A DNA stretch of 64,000 bases, from the NCBI RefSeq assembly GCF_009914755.1, contig NC_060925.1; one strand, written 5' to 3'. Shown one piece after another: positions 45,261 through 59,380 of this stretch (its first letter is position 1; every line of letters starts with the position of its first letter). Both the position numbers and the translations under genes were made by a program. The notes below the pieces were generated by a model. That model was not told where the DNA came from. It made no database searches and saw nothing but the letters and a program-made list of their open reading frames with translations. The stretch is from the human T2T-CHM13v2.0 reference genome, Homo sapiens.

Positions 45261-45730
45261 ATATATATATATTTTATGTATGTATATATATACATACAAT
45301 ATATATTTAGTCTTCTTAAGTCATATATATATATTTATATATACATAAAATATATATGACTATATATAGTCTTGTCTTATGTATATATATTTATATATAC
45401 ATAAAATATATATGACTACATATATAGTCTTAAGTCTTATGTATATATATTTTATGTCTTAAGTCTTATGTATATATATTAAGTCTTATGTATATATATA
45501 TTCTATGTATATATGTATATATGTGTATTTATGTATATATTTATGTATATATATTTCTTAAGTCTTATGTGTATATATATATTTTATGTATATATATGTG
45601 TATATGTGTATTTATGTATATATTTATGTATATATATGTCTTAAGTCTTATATATATATTTTATTATATATACATATATACTTTTATATATATACATAAA
45701 GTGTGTATATATATATTTATTCTCATATAA
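45261..45730. repeat. TA-rich degenerate minisatellite with CTTAAGTCTTATG units
   Basis: About 470 bp of interrupted (TA)n/TATG, recurring TAAGTCTTA and palindromes such as GACTATATATAGTC. Confidence 0.9.
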
Positions 45731-45831
45731 AATAAAGAATGCTTAAGAAGAGGATGGAATGCCATAAGACAGAAGATAAACAGGTATTTCAAGGGTCTCC
45801 AAGATCACCTTCAGGCTCAGTGATTCACTAG

Positions 45832-46177
<346 letters not shown>

Positions 46178-46414
46178 TCATGCTTACTTTTTTAAGAGTG
46201 AAAGAATACAGATTACAATCAGCAAAAGGAAGAGGTCTGTGGGACAAGGTCCAAGTAAAACCAGACTCAAGCTTCTAGGTGTCTTCTGTTGGTAGAGTTT
46301 CAATGACCTGTTTAGATCTCCCAGCAACAACTTGTGACAACACATGGAAAGCTAAAGTGTTATCAATCAAAGAAACTCATGAAGCTTTGGGTGTCCAAAG
46401 TCTAAATTGGAGGC

Positions 46415-48457
46415 TGACATGTTTTGACTGTGTTCCCACCCAAATCTCATCTTGAATTGTAATTCCCATAATCCCCACATATCGTGGGAGGGATCCAGTC
46501 TGAGGTAATTGAATCGTGGGGGCAGTTACCTCCATGCTGCTCTTCTTGTGATAGAGAGTGGGGTGCTTTTATAAGGTTACCCCAAAATTTGGAAGCAACT
46601 TTGGACTTGGGTAACAGGCAGAGGTTGGAAGAGTTTAGAGGGCTCAGAAGAAGACAGAAAAATGTGGAAAAGTTTGGAAATTCCTAGAAGCTTAGTGAAT
46701 AGCTTGGACCACAATGCTGATACTGATATGGACAATGAAGTCCAAGCTGAGGTGGTCTCAGACAGATAGGAGGAATTTGTTGGGAATTGAAGTAAAGGTC
46801 ATTTTTACTGTGTGAAGAGACTGGTGGCATTGTATTCCTGCCCTAGCTATCTGTGGCACTTTGAACTTGAGATAATTTAGGGGACTTGGCAGAAGAAATT
46901 TCTAAGTGGCAAAGCATTCAAGGGTAGCATAAAAGTTTGAAAAATTTGCAGCCTGACAATGGGATAGAAAAGAAAACCCACTTCCTGGGGAGAAATTCAA
47001 GGCTGCTGCAGAAATTTGCATAAGTAACAAGGAGCTGAATGTTAATCACCAAGACAATGGGAAAAATGTCCCCAGGGCATATCAGATACCTTCACAGTAG
47101 CCCCTTCCATCATAGGCTCAGAGGCCTATGAGGAAAAAATGGTTTCCTGGGCTGGGCCCAGGGCCCATCTGCTGTGTGCAACCTAGAGACTTGGTGCCCC
47201 ATGTCCCAGCCACTCCAGCCATGGCTAAAAGGGGTAGAGGTACAACTCAGGCTGTGGCTTTAGAGGGTTCAAAAACCAAGCCTTGGCAGCTTCCACATGA
47301 TGTTGAGCATGCAGATACACAGAAGTCAAGAATTGATGTTTGGGAACGTCTACCTAGATTTCAGAGGATGTATGGAAATGCCTGGAAGCCAATGCAGATG
47401 TTTGCTACAGGATGAAGCCCTCATGGAGAACCTCTGTGACAGCAGTGGAGAAAGAAAATGTGGGGTCATAACCCCAGACAGAGTTAGGTGATAAACCCTG
47501 ACAGACTCCCTGCTTGCATGGCCTTGTGGAGCTGTGAGAAGAGAGACATCATCCTCCAGAACCCAGAACAGTAGATCCATCAACAGCTGGAACTGTGCAC
47601 CTGGAAAATCCTCAGGTACTCAATGCCAGCTTGTGAAAGTAACTGGGAGTGGGGCTGTACCCTGCAAAGCCACAAGGGAGCCAAAGCTCAAGGCCATGGG
47701 AGCCCACCTCTAGCATTCATCAGACCTGGGTATGAGATGTGGAATCAAAGAAGATTATTTTGGAACTTTAAGGTTTAATGACTGCCCTGTTGGATTTCAA
47801 ACTTGCTTGGGCCCTGTAGCCTCTTTGTTTTGGCCAATTTCTTCCATTTGAAATGGGTACATTCACCCAATGCCTGTAACTCATTGTATCTAAGAAGTGA
47901 TGAACTTGCTTTGGTTTTACAGTCTCATAGTTCGAAGAGACTTGCCATGTCTCAGATGACATTTTGGACTTGGACTTTTGAGTTAATGCTGGAATGAGTT
48001 ATTACTTTGGGGGACTGTTGGGAAGGCACAATTGTGTTTTAAATTATGAGGATATGAGATTTGGGAGGAGCCAGGGATAAAATGGTATGGCTTGGCTGTA
48101 TCCTCACCCACATCTCATCTTAAATTGTAGTCCCATAATCCCATGTGTGGAGGGAGGGACACAGTGAGAGGTAATTGAATCATGGGGATGGTTACCCTCA
48201 TGCTTCTGTTCTTCTGATAGTGAGTGAGTTCTCATGAGATCTAATGGTTTTATAAGGGCTTTTTTCTCTTTGCTCTTTACTTCTCCTTGCTGTTGCTATG
48301 TGAAGAAGGATGTGTTTGCTTCTCCTTTTGCCATGATTGTAAGTTTCCTGAGGCTTCTCAAGCCATGCTAAACTGTGAGTCAATTAAAGCTCCTTTCTTT
48401 ACAAATTACCCAGTTTTGGGTATGTCTTTATTAGCAGCATAAGAGTGGACTAATATA
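46415..48457 (+). mobile_element. THE1C-like MaLR provirus: partial 5' LTR (46415-~46556), internal region, 3' LTR (48083-48457)
   Basis: CCCACCCAAATCTCATCTTGAATTGT; internal GGCTCAGAAGAAGACAG, AGAAATTTGCATAAGTAAC; polypurine tract before the 3' LTR; TSD GAGGC/GGGGC. Confidence 0.93.
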
Positions 48458-49251
48458 GGGGCCTACCACATAGGCATCTAGTCACTGCATGACTGACTTC
48501 AGCTACTCAGGTTCCAGTCCCTTAGGATGAATACATTCAGACACCATAAATCACAGTGTAAGCATAAATTACCTGATCACACTGGTCCTTCAGGACCAAA
48601 GCTTTAGGGATACATAAACTCACTTATCAAACAAACAAAATATTCTAAGGTCTCAGAGATTATCTTTTTCCTAAACTGTCAAACTACTCTGTTTTTCTGA
48701 ATATGTAGAGTTTGAGCAACCTGCACATGCTGATTTAACCATTTCCTCCAGAAAATTAAGTTTAAATAGAAGGAGCTACTATTTTTTTTAGGCTTTGATG
48801 TTCTCAAAGTACAGGTTTTAAATAAATAAAACCTCACTCTTCATGGAACTGATATGTGCAAATTTCAGTTTCCATGATTTAGAGAAAATAACACCATTCC
48901 CCAAACAACAAAGTGCAATTTTTAACTACCACAAAATGTAAACTGTAATTGCACAAAGTATAAACTTTGCTGCTGGTTCTGCAGCCCACAAATTACCATG
49001 TATGCAACAGAGTCATGTCCTGATCAATGACAAATCACGGCTTTTCTTGTGATTCAGTTTACACACAGATAACAAATGTGTAGTGTTGTTCCCTTTTCTC
49101 CTAGTGATAAGCTTACATGACATCTTATAAAAATGAAACCATATATTATATCCATAATACCATTATATATTAATATAATATAGTATTTTAATAGAGTATA
49201 GTGTATATTAGTTGTATAATACCATTATTGTATTATATACACTATTGCCTA

Positions 49252-49892
49252 TGTAAACAAAAAAGTATCTGAGAAAAGTCTCAATCAATTTAGAACGTTT
49301 ATTTAATATTTTGCCAAGGTTAAGGACATGCCTGTGACACAGCTGCAGGAGGTCCTGATGACATGTGCCCAAGGTGGGGGGATACAGCTTGCTTTTATAC
49401 ATTTTAGGGAAACAAGAGACATTAATCAATATGTGTAAGATATACATTCTTTTGGTCCAGTAATGTGGGACAACTCTAAGTGGGGGCTTCCAAGTTAGAA
49501 GTAGATGAGAGTCAAAAGGTTGCATTATTTTCAGTCCTTGATTAGCCTTCCACTGAATACATAATTTGAGCTCTTGATCAGCCTTCCAATGAACACACAA
49601 TTTAGTCTGGCTCAGTGAATCTGCATTTTTACATAAACAATAGGGCAGAGGAAGTAATCAGATATGCATTTGTCTCAGGTGAGCCTCAGAGGGATGACTT
49701 TGAGTTCCGTCTGTCCTTTGCCCAAAAGGAATTTCCTTGTGGGCAAATTGTGAGAAAGATATGTAGCTTTTTATATTTTAGCAATCATATTTAGAAATAT
49801 AATGGAAAGTGTGTTTGTCTGACATAGTTCCCAGCTTGACTTTTCCTTTGGCTTAGTGATTTGCGGGTCCTGAGGTTTATTTTCCTTTCACA
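49252..49892 (-). mobile_element. MER4A-like ERV1 solo LTR
   Basis: TGTAAAC...TCTCAATCAATTTAGA...TTTGCCAAGGTTAAGGAC...GGTCCTGATGACATGTGCCCAAGG...TTTATTTTCCTTTCACA. Confidence 0.88.
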
Positions 49893-51004
49893 TATATAAT
49901 ATATTATAATATTATATGTAATATCTATATAATATATAATATTTGTATAACACTATATAGATTTTACAGGTGAAATGACAGATTGTGGCAATGATGACAC
50001 TGCCACTGCTTGAAAGGCTCTAAATAAGCAGCCAGAGTAATTTAGTGAAGGTGAACTTATCAATGTAAATAAAGAAGCTGATTACGGTAAAAGGCTAGAG
50101 ATGACATACAGGAAGTAAAAACAACACAAAACTTCACATTCCTATAACTCTCAGAGATATTTCTTAATGTTGAAAGTGTAAAGAATAAAATATTGGGGGC
50201 TGATCCAAATTTAGAAAGGAATATAACAATTCTCCAAGACATACAAAAAGATGCTTGCTTAGTGGTGTAAGTTATACAACCACAAGGCAATCAATGTTCA
50301 AAATATTCTTGATGAGATTTTTTTTACAAAGAAAACAATTTTTTAATTTTAAAAATTACAGTGTACTAAATAAATATTAGTTTTACTATTTTTTTATTTC
50401 CCTATATATTTTATCACCCACACTAAGAGCATTTTAAAATTTTTAACAAATATTTTATAGGTCATGGAACAATCATAATTTTCCCCATTGATTATTAAGG
50501 TTTATTGCCACAGTTTCAGCTTTCATAGTAAATTTTTATGGTCTCACACTCTCATGCAAAGCAAAGTCTGTTTGTATCTTAAATTATCATAAAATTCTAC
50601 TCATTTTTGTCTTTCTTCTCCTTTACCTTATTGATTGCTGAAGGACAGGACTTCGATTTGCATATTCCATATAATAAGTACCAGATAACAAAATTTGAAT
50701 AAAAGTAAAATAATCCAATGAGCATAATTAATTTGCCATAGATGGGTAGTTAACACTGAAATAAAATATGAGATAATTGAATAAAAAATATAAATGTCTC
50801 TGCCATCCTGGACTTTTAAAATGTATTTATCTCATTAAAGCAAATATGTACCTAAAAGACTCAAACAGTTTAACTATATTCACAGGCCCCAATTCCCTAA
50901 TTATTTTCCACCTGTGCATGCCATTCTGCACTTTCTCACTGTATCTCTATAAAATAGCATTTTTTTCCCTTAAGCTCCATATATCCTAAAAATGCGTAGA
51001 AGAT

Positions 51005-51569
51005 TATATCAGTTATCTGTTGCTACATAACAATTTACTCCAAATTGATCACCTTAAAACAAAAGTTTCTAATGACAGAATGCTGAATGTGGCTCAGCTG
51101 AATATCTCTGGCTAAAGTTTCTTGTTTTTTCAATCACACTGTTGTCCAGGGCTGGAGTTTTATCTGAAGGGCAACCTGGGGAGGGTGGAATGTCAAGTTC
51201 ATTTATTTGGTTCGTGGCAATATTTAGTTCCTCAAAGATGTTGGATGAACAGCCTCAGTTTCTACCTGGCTATTGTCTGGAGCCTCTCACTTCTTGCAAT
51301 TTTAGACTTTTCGTAGGGTATCTCACTGTATGACAAATGTCTTCCCAGAAAGTGAGCAAGCCAGAGAGTGAGGAAGAGCACCTTAGATGAAAGTCAACAG
51401 TCAATTTTGTAAAGTAGTCTTCCAAGTAATGTCTCATTATATATGCAGTATTTTATTACTTATTAGCATCTCAAAGAGTCCAGGACACACTCAAAAAGAG
51501 AACATTTCACGAGGTACAAATACCAGAAATAGAGATATGTAGGAGCCAATTTAGAGACATCTTATCACA
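51005..51569 (-). mobile_element. MaLR LTR (MLT1F/G-like)
   Basis: TATCAGTTATCTGTTGCTACATAAC...GGCTCAGCTG...TCTGAAGG...CCAGGACACACTCAA...AATACCAG...CTTATCACA. Confidence 0.7.
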
Positions 51570-53289
51570 AAGGCTTTTCAGATTTCAATTTCAACCTATT
51601 GATATTTGGGACAGCATCTGTGTATTTATGGGATTTGGAATCTGAGGGATAAGATCTGATTTTTTTTTTTGGCAAGCCTCTTGCCTATCCATTACCAACA
51701 GTCAAAGGGGAAAATATTGGCCTCTATATCATCTTCCATTGCACACAGGCCCATGAAGAGTTTATGGGGAGACTTTGAGCTTGCCAGTGGTGGTATAGCC
51801 AATTGAAAAATACAATTTACTTGAAAATATAAATTCTATAAATTATCCAGAGAAAAATTAGTTTGTAATATCTAGAGGTTATCAGAGAATATTGTTTTTC
51901 AACTTATTTTGATTTACTACACACACATGCATACACACAAACACATACATATATGAAGAGATAATCTACGATTAATTTTATAATTAAAGTAAAAGTATTA
52001 AGGACTTCCCCAAATCAGAGGTTATTCAGTCTAGGCGAGGAAAAAAACATGATAAACTTTCAGGATATCAAAACTAGTCGAAGATATTTTTCTTTATTCT
52101 CTGATCAAAACAATATTAAAGAATCATGAAATGTAATGCATAGAAGATTCAGTATTATGCTATCTTATTCTTTTATATTAAAATACTAAGTATAATTTCA
52201 AAATGAATATGGATGAGGAGGATTAAGTCATTTATTAAACTAGCAAAAATTACTGAAAAAAATCACACCTCCATTATCTTATGTGATGCTAGGTAGAAAA
52301 GTATTAACATAAAAGAGTGAATTAATTATCTCAATTAGACATTCCTGTAAAATTATAATGACCTCCTACTAATACCAAATATAAATACCATTAATAAAAT
52401 GTTAATGGTATAAACTAGGGAAAGGCTGTTGTCTGGAGCAGACGATAATATCATGGTCTTGATTTGTTATAATTTAAAATAAAACATATGAATTTAGGAT
52501 AGCTGGCTGGCTTGAAAATAGGGAGAAGCCCATAAATAATTTTTTTCTCAATGCAATCAACAGTATATAAAAGAAAAAGTCTCCAAAACCATAATAGTTT
52601 CCTTTTGTGAATTGTGTTTCTGCACACATTGTCAAAACTTCTTAATCCAAAATTGAAATACATGTTAATATAGGAGGAAAATGAGTTTTTGTTGCTCCGT
52701 CTGTTGGTTTTGGGATCCTCTGGGAAGAGAATGCTTTATCTGTGCCCAATGCTTGCTTATGCCCTTTAAATATGTAAATTTTGATGCTGGGTAAAAATTA
52801 TTATTTGCTTGAAGCTGCTTTTATAATTCAAAACTTTGCATTTGATATTTTTCAATTGAAAGATATCTTTTTGTTTTATAGTAACAAAATTAATCAATAT
52901 ACAGCAAAGTTTTTGACAGAGCCTATTCTCACTGGAAACTTGTAAGCTTCTGTATTTGTAGCAATTCGAGTACTTTATCTATTAAGAAATGTATACATGC
53001 ATTAATACAACTTGTTTGGATAGGGTGGAACCATTTCAGAATTCACCAAAATTCTATTTTTTTTCATTCTAACTGTACATTCACCAACTATAGGTGAATA
53101 TTGGTGCTTTAAAATGTAAACCCTTAATTTGGTTGTTTTGTTTTATAGATTATTTTTTATAAAATCATATACATCTTCAAGCTGTTTTAGCATATGATGA
53201 AAGATAATAGATGTTGGATGAAATTTTAGGTGCACTGAAAGCTTTGAACAGAACTATAACTGATTGACTCACTTAAGAATTAAACTTGA

Positions 53290-53580
53290 GGCCAGGAGCG
53301 GTGGCTCATGCCTGCAATCCCAGCACTTTGGGAGGCCGAGGTGGACCGATGGACTGAGGTCAGGAGTTTGAGACCAGCCTGGTCAAAATGGTGAAACCCC
53401 GTCTCTACTAAAAATACAAAAATAGCTTGGCCTGGTGTCAGGCACTTGTAATCCCAGCTACTAAGGAAGCTGAGGTGGGAGAATTGCTTGAACTGGGAGG
53501 TGGAAGTTGCAGTGAGCCGAGGTCGCGCCATTGTACTCCAGCCTGGGAGGGAAACTGTCTCAAAAAAAAAAAAAAAAAAA
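53290..53580 (+). mobile_element. Full-length AluS
   Basis: Dimeric Alu with a poly-A tail; TSD ATTAAACTTGA. Confidence 0.95.
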
Positions 53581-54898
53581 ATTAAACTTGAGGCTTTAAT
53601 GGTGCCCCACCCTGCTGCAATAGACTATTTAATATATTTTTCACCAAATAAATTTATTATTTAATATTTTGTTCTCACTTAAACCTTAAAAAATTACAAA
53701 AACTGCCTCTTGTGGCTATTATTTTTGTCATATTTAATATAATTTCAATGTTTTAGAATAAATATATAAACACGTTTATTTTTGATAGTAGAAAACAATG
53801 AACTGTTTTCTACATTTATTTAGGTATATTCTTTAGTATGCTTCCATTATAATTTTAAAAAATTAATTTTTAAATATTTAGTTTCAAGCAACAATTATTA
53901 GAAAATGTTTTGTACACTCTATTTGAAGATATAGTTTCTAAAAATTCTTCATGTTCTAAAAATTCTTCATGAATTTAATATGCTGATTATTCTTACAATA
54001 TTTTTTTTACTTATGGCTGCTTTGCAAAATATAAGATAATTTATCTTAGATTATCTTAATATATGATTAAGGACAGAGAAAATTTAACTTGATCAAAAAC
54101 ATAGGAACTGATTTATACATTTTTAAAAATCGACTTTATTGGATCTTTGGAAACTTACCTTTTTCCTCTGAGTGGTTCAGTTATGCAGACTTCTGCATTG
54201 CATAGGTATTTTGTTCCCATATATTTTCTCATTGCAACTCTTTTCTTCAGCATGTTCTATCCTTATTTTGAAAGGGGATTTTAGAATGTTAGCAGTTTGA
54301 ATTTCAATAATGCGGTTGCTCGGAGAGGGGAAGGTATTCTAAGACACAGGGTCTCTCTTTTTTTGAATTTAAACTTTGAGTACAAAGGCTGAATAGGAAA
54401 CCTACATGTCTTCATTATTACCTCTTTGGTAGGGTAAAAAATCCATACCTTGAATATGGATTCACTATTTCACTAAGCAAAATTTGAGTTTTATTTCTGT
54501 ATTCTATTGGCAGGAAAATAAAATTTTTATAAATAAATAACTTTTTAAATGGAGAGAGATTTCTGAACTTATTACCTTTAAGTTTTTCATTATCCTCTTA
54601 CTGAGGTGCTTTGTGGTGCTAACATTTTAAAGTCAAAGGATTTTGCTGAACCCAAATAAAAACATATAAAGATTTCAAGAACCTATTTTGGATTTTTAAA
54701 TAGTTATATTTAGTTGAAGAAATTTAAATTACCTATTTCTACGTAATCTTTTTATGTAGCCACCATGTACTATGTTTGTGTATGTTTGCAAATGTGTACA
54801 TATATGTAAAGTTTATGAAAAGTATTCCATATTACTTTAGTATTTCTCTTCTTTCTATTACTTGCTTTTATTTAATTCAGGTGAATAATGTGTGTGTA

Positions 54899-55260
54899 TG
54901 ATATAGTTTGTCTGTGTCCCCACCCAAATCTCATCTTGAATTGTAGCTCCCATAATTCCCACGTGTTGTGGGAGGGACCTGGTGGGAAGTAATTGAATCC
55001 TGCGGGCAGGTCTTTCCCATTCAGTTCTTGTGATAGTGAATAAGTCTCACAACATCTGATGGTTTTACAAAGGGGGTTCCCCTACACAAGCTTTCTTGCC
55101 TGCTGCTGTACAAGATGTGTCTTTCTTCCCGTTTACCTTCTGCCATGATTGTGAAACTTCCCTAGCCATGTGGAACTGTGAGTCAATTAAACCTGTTTCC
55201 TTTATAAATTACTTAGTCTTGGGTATGTCTTTATTAGCAGCGTGAGAACAGACTAATACA
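54899..55260 (+). mobile_element. THE1B-like solo LTR
   Basis: TGATATAGTTTG...GTCTTTCCCA...GTGAATAAGTCTCAC...GAGTCAATTAAACC...AGACTAATACA; TSD GTGTA/GTATA. Confidence 0.93.
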
Positions 55261-55351
55261 GTATATTTGCATGTCTATACACACACACACATATATATAT
55301 ATATAACTATTTAAACTTATGTCTATAATTTTATATACAATTACATTTTAC

Positions 55352-55654
<303 letters not shown>

Positions 55655-55755
55655 TTATTATGCATTTGGAAAGATAGACTAATTCATAAATAAAAAGACT
55701 AAAATTATTAGTACATGCCAAATTACAACCTGTCTTTCTTTTGTCACACACAATA

Positions 55756-56065
55756 TGTACTGAACAATTGAGAAGATGATTTTATTCAGGCTATTGCAAT
55801 ACAGCAAACATTCATAAATGGCAAACATCTTAAAAAAAGAAAGGAGGCTTAGAGTAGTATAGCTTCAGGTACAAGGGAGTCATCCCCAAGATGTGGGGGA
55901 GTCATGGGGCAGAGTGACAGTAAGTCTTACCTGAAGAGTGGAGGTGGGTAGTTCTTGTCACATGTAAAAAGTAGGTGGTCCTTGGACACACAAAGTGGTG
56001 AACAGATATCTCAATTTTTGTTGTTTTCCAGAAGCACGATGATCAGCTAAAGTCCAGCATTGCCA
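55756..56065 (-). mobile_element. Possible old ERV1-type solo LTR
   Basis: TG...CA ends and TTTTATTCAGGCTATTGCAATA motif; family not identified. Confidence 0.4.
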
Positions 56066-57016
56066 TATATTTGATAATTATTAACCTAAAAAGGAAAAGA
56101 AGGTGAAATTACATTAAAAGTTTCATTAATTAAATGAATCTTGGTTATGGCACTTGGAAAAAATAGCAAACTTTTTACCCAAAGTGTTTTATTGGACAAA
56201 TGTTTCGCTGAAGGTATTACAGTTTAGCTGGAGTATACCTTATTTACTTGACTTTTAACATATATAAATAAAAGAGTATTTGGTTATTGTTGTGTCTATA
56301 TAATGTCTTCTTTGAAAAAATATTAATTTAAGAGCTAATCAAGCTTACCATTTCAATGAAATGAGCCAAAAGACACAACTTAGGACCAAACTATCTCTTT
56401 AAAAATAATTTTTCTTTTTACAAACAAAAAGTGAGTTACTTCTCATGTATTAATCTATGTAAATTTCCAGACTTTGTATTAATATCTTTTAAAAATACAT
56501 TAATGCTATTTTTATTGAATGTTTTATGAAACATTGAATACATCTAAAATCAACTAGTTTGCACTTAAGGACTTCATTATATTCTTTCAACTATATTGCT
56601 TCTAGAAATGTTAGTAACTTGTTCTAAAGAAGTATATAAAATGTTTATTCTGTATGTAAAATGTTAGTGTAAAGTACAATGTATTTTGTAGCCTACTTAG
56701 TATTAATCAGAGGAGTAAAATGTAACAATATTAGAATGTTAAAAGAGTCATACTAATACAATAAGCATGTTTTAAATTCATACAAGAAAGTTGAAGATTA
56801 AAAGTATATTTCAGGCAGTAAGATCAACACGCTAGGTTAATATAATAAGATATTCAGAATTATGAGAATCACTCCCCATTTCATCAATGACTATATTAGA
56901 CAAAATGGAGTGCAGAAGTTATTGGCTACGATGTTTAAAAGGATGAAAGCCGAGAAAGTATAGATTTATGATAAATTCTGAAAACAGGAATCTACTGGAA
57001 GATGGGAAATGTATTT

Positions 57017-57319
57017 ACTTTTATATTTTTATTTATTTATTTTGAGACAGTCTTTCTGTCGCGCAGGCTGGAGTGCAGTGGCCTGATCTTATCTCACTGT
57101 AAACTTCGCCTCCTGTGTTCAAACGATTCTCCTGTCTCAGCCTCCTGAGTAGGTGGGATTACAGGTGTGTGCCACCACGCCGACTAATTTTGTATTTTTA
57201 TTAAAGACAAAGTCTCACCATGTTGGCCAGGCTGGTCTCAAACACCTGACCTCAAATGATCTGCCTGCCTTGGCCTCCCAAAGTGCTGGGATTATAGGCA
57301 TGACCCACTGATCCAGGCC
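57017..57319 (-). mobile_element. Full-length AluS (Sz/Sx-like)
   Basis: CTGACCTCAAATGATC; TSD core GAAGATGGGAAA. Confidence 0.95.
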
Positions 57320-57949
57320 AGAAGATGGGAAAAGAACATTTAGTGAGTAAGAATTCAACGAATTGCTTAAATATATTAAAGTATAATCGGTGTAAGGCAG
57401 TATACAGCATTTCCAGTATAGGATTCCTAGTTCCGGACCTGTTTGTCTATGACACCTGTGATGTTGTGCAAAAGGAATATTAATAACTGCTAAACATAAA
57501 ATTAGAATTAATACACTTACTGGATAAACACACAAAATATCTAAATGTGTATATATAAGTATTTTTATTAGAAGAGAAATTTTATAGATATTTGCGTATA
57601 TGCATAGACTTAAAAATATATAAATACAGCTTATTTGGTACAATAACATCTGAATAATAATTTTAAAAGTACAAAAATAAAATTTCAAAAATGTATACAC
57701 CTGAAAAACACTAGTCTTCTAAACTCTAGGGAACATTATTGCTTCATTTTGAATTTCTTCAAGATTTTTTAAATTCTTACCTCACTGGCTGTGGGCCCTG
57801 GCTCACCTGCACTAGATTTAATTTCAGAATAATAAAATATAATGCATTTTTTGCTTTTAAGGTTTAGTAAATTTTTAAATTAAATGTGGCCTCTGTGTTT
57901 TTTCTTTATTGAAATACTTTTAATTATTCTCTTTATATAGAGGTTTCTG

Positions 57950-59380
57950 ATTTATTCATTTTTATTCAAATATCTTTTTGTTTAATGCCTACAATTTATC
58001 AAGCTCTATACTTAGACTATAATGATGAACAAGACTAACACAAGTGCTGTGCTAATGGAAAGCTTCAATATCATATCAAACATATATTTATTATCATGTA
58101 ATTTATCACATAAATTATCACATGTAAATTATCACATAATTTATTATCATGTAATAAATTTCAATTATAATAAAGAATTGAATTTCAGCATTCTATGTGA
58201 AGAATTAACAGAAGAATCTATATAGGTTTGTGTTCTCACACAAATACCCATATAAAGGAATAGTAAGAGTTAAATGTCTTTTCAGGTACAGAAAAACTGA
58301 CCTAGAGCTTGAAGTAACCATGACAAATAAGGGAACCAAATGAAAGTCAATATAGCTAAGGTATGGAGAGTTACAGGAATAGATACGTGAAAAGATCCTA
58401 GAAAGTTAGACAGAAAGAAACCCCTGGATGGTATTATTGGCTAGATTTTGGGTCTGTTCAAATATCACTAGGAAGGCCTTGAATTGTTCTATACATCAGA
58501 TGACCATCAGTTTTACATTTACAAAAGGAGATCTTAAAGAATGAAGAACAAATAACAAAGTAGGAAGAGTTAATTTTGAAACATCACTTAAGAGAATATT
58601 ACAATAATCCAGAGGAGAAATGATGGCCACTTGACAATGAGGAACAAAATGGTGGGTGGGTTTCAGAGGTATGTATGATATAGAATAAATTGGATTTGTA
58701 ATATAATTGATGTCAAATAAGAGAATCAAGAATAATTCCAGATTTGGGGCTGAGGGAAAACCATTATGTAAACCATGGTGTAATTTTCTGATTTAGGGAA
58801 CACAGAAAATATATAAGTTTGGAGAGGAGATTTGTGTTAAATAGGTAGTGCTGTTGAGACAGTTCAAAGTGGATGTCAATAAGAAGCTCCATATTTAGGC
58901 CCTAGAGCAACCCCTACTGGATATATGAATATGAGAGCCTCACAAAGAGATTGCAACTGAAATAATGAGAGTAGATGCACACTAAAATTTTTTAAACGTC
59001 CACTATAAATTTCAGAAAAACTTTAATCATTAATGAATGTATACATGAAGAGAAGCTGACAAGAGACTACAAAAGAATGTCCAGAAAAATAGCAGGAAAA
59101 CGTTAAAATGGCATTTTACGGAAATAGAAATAGAAAATTCAAGATAATATTTTTAGAGAAAAACAACGCCAACCTTATAGGGTACTAAAGTCAGGGCAAG
59201 GCAAATTAGGATTAAGGTATGTTCATTGCATTCATGATATGAGGTCTTTAATAAACTTGCTCCAGGTAAGTTCTGGAAGAATTATTTAGGCAGCCCCTTG
59301 AAGTGTGTTAAGGAATGGGTGGCTGATGAAGATTTGCAAATAGCATTTGTAAAAAACTTCATAGAAAAGTTTGCTTATGT
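57950..59380 (-). mobile_element. L2 LINE relic
   Basis: TTTATTCATT...ATGCCTAC...ATGAACAAGAC; ATTACAATAATCCAGAGGAGAAATGATGG...GAATCAAGAATAATTCCAGATTT. Confidence 0.7.

Noticed and set aside
45261-45730. Recurring CTTAAGTCTTATG units as a CRISPR-like array
   Set aside because: Spacers are (TA)n of irregular length, the context is eukaryotic and there are no cas genes
47128-47415. 95-aa ORF as a gene
   Set aside because: It lies in the THE1 internal region and is a fragment of the decayed MaLR ORF
57215-57700. 161-aa hydrophobic ORF as a membrane protein
   Set aside because: I/L/Y/F bias reflects AT-rich DNA and the ORF ends in Alu sequence
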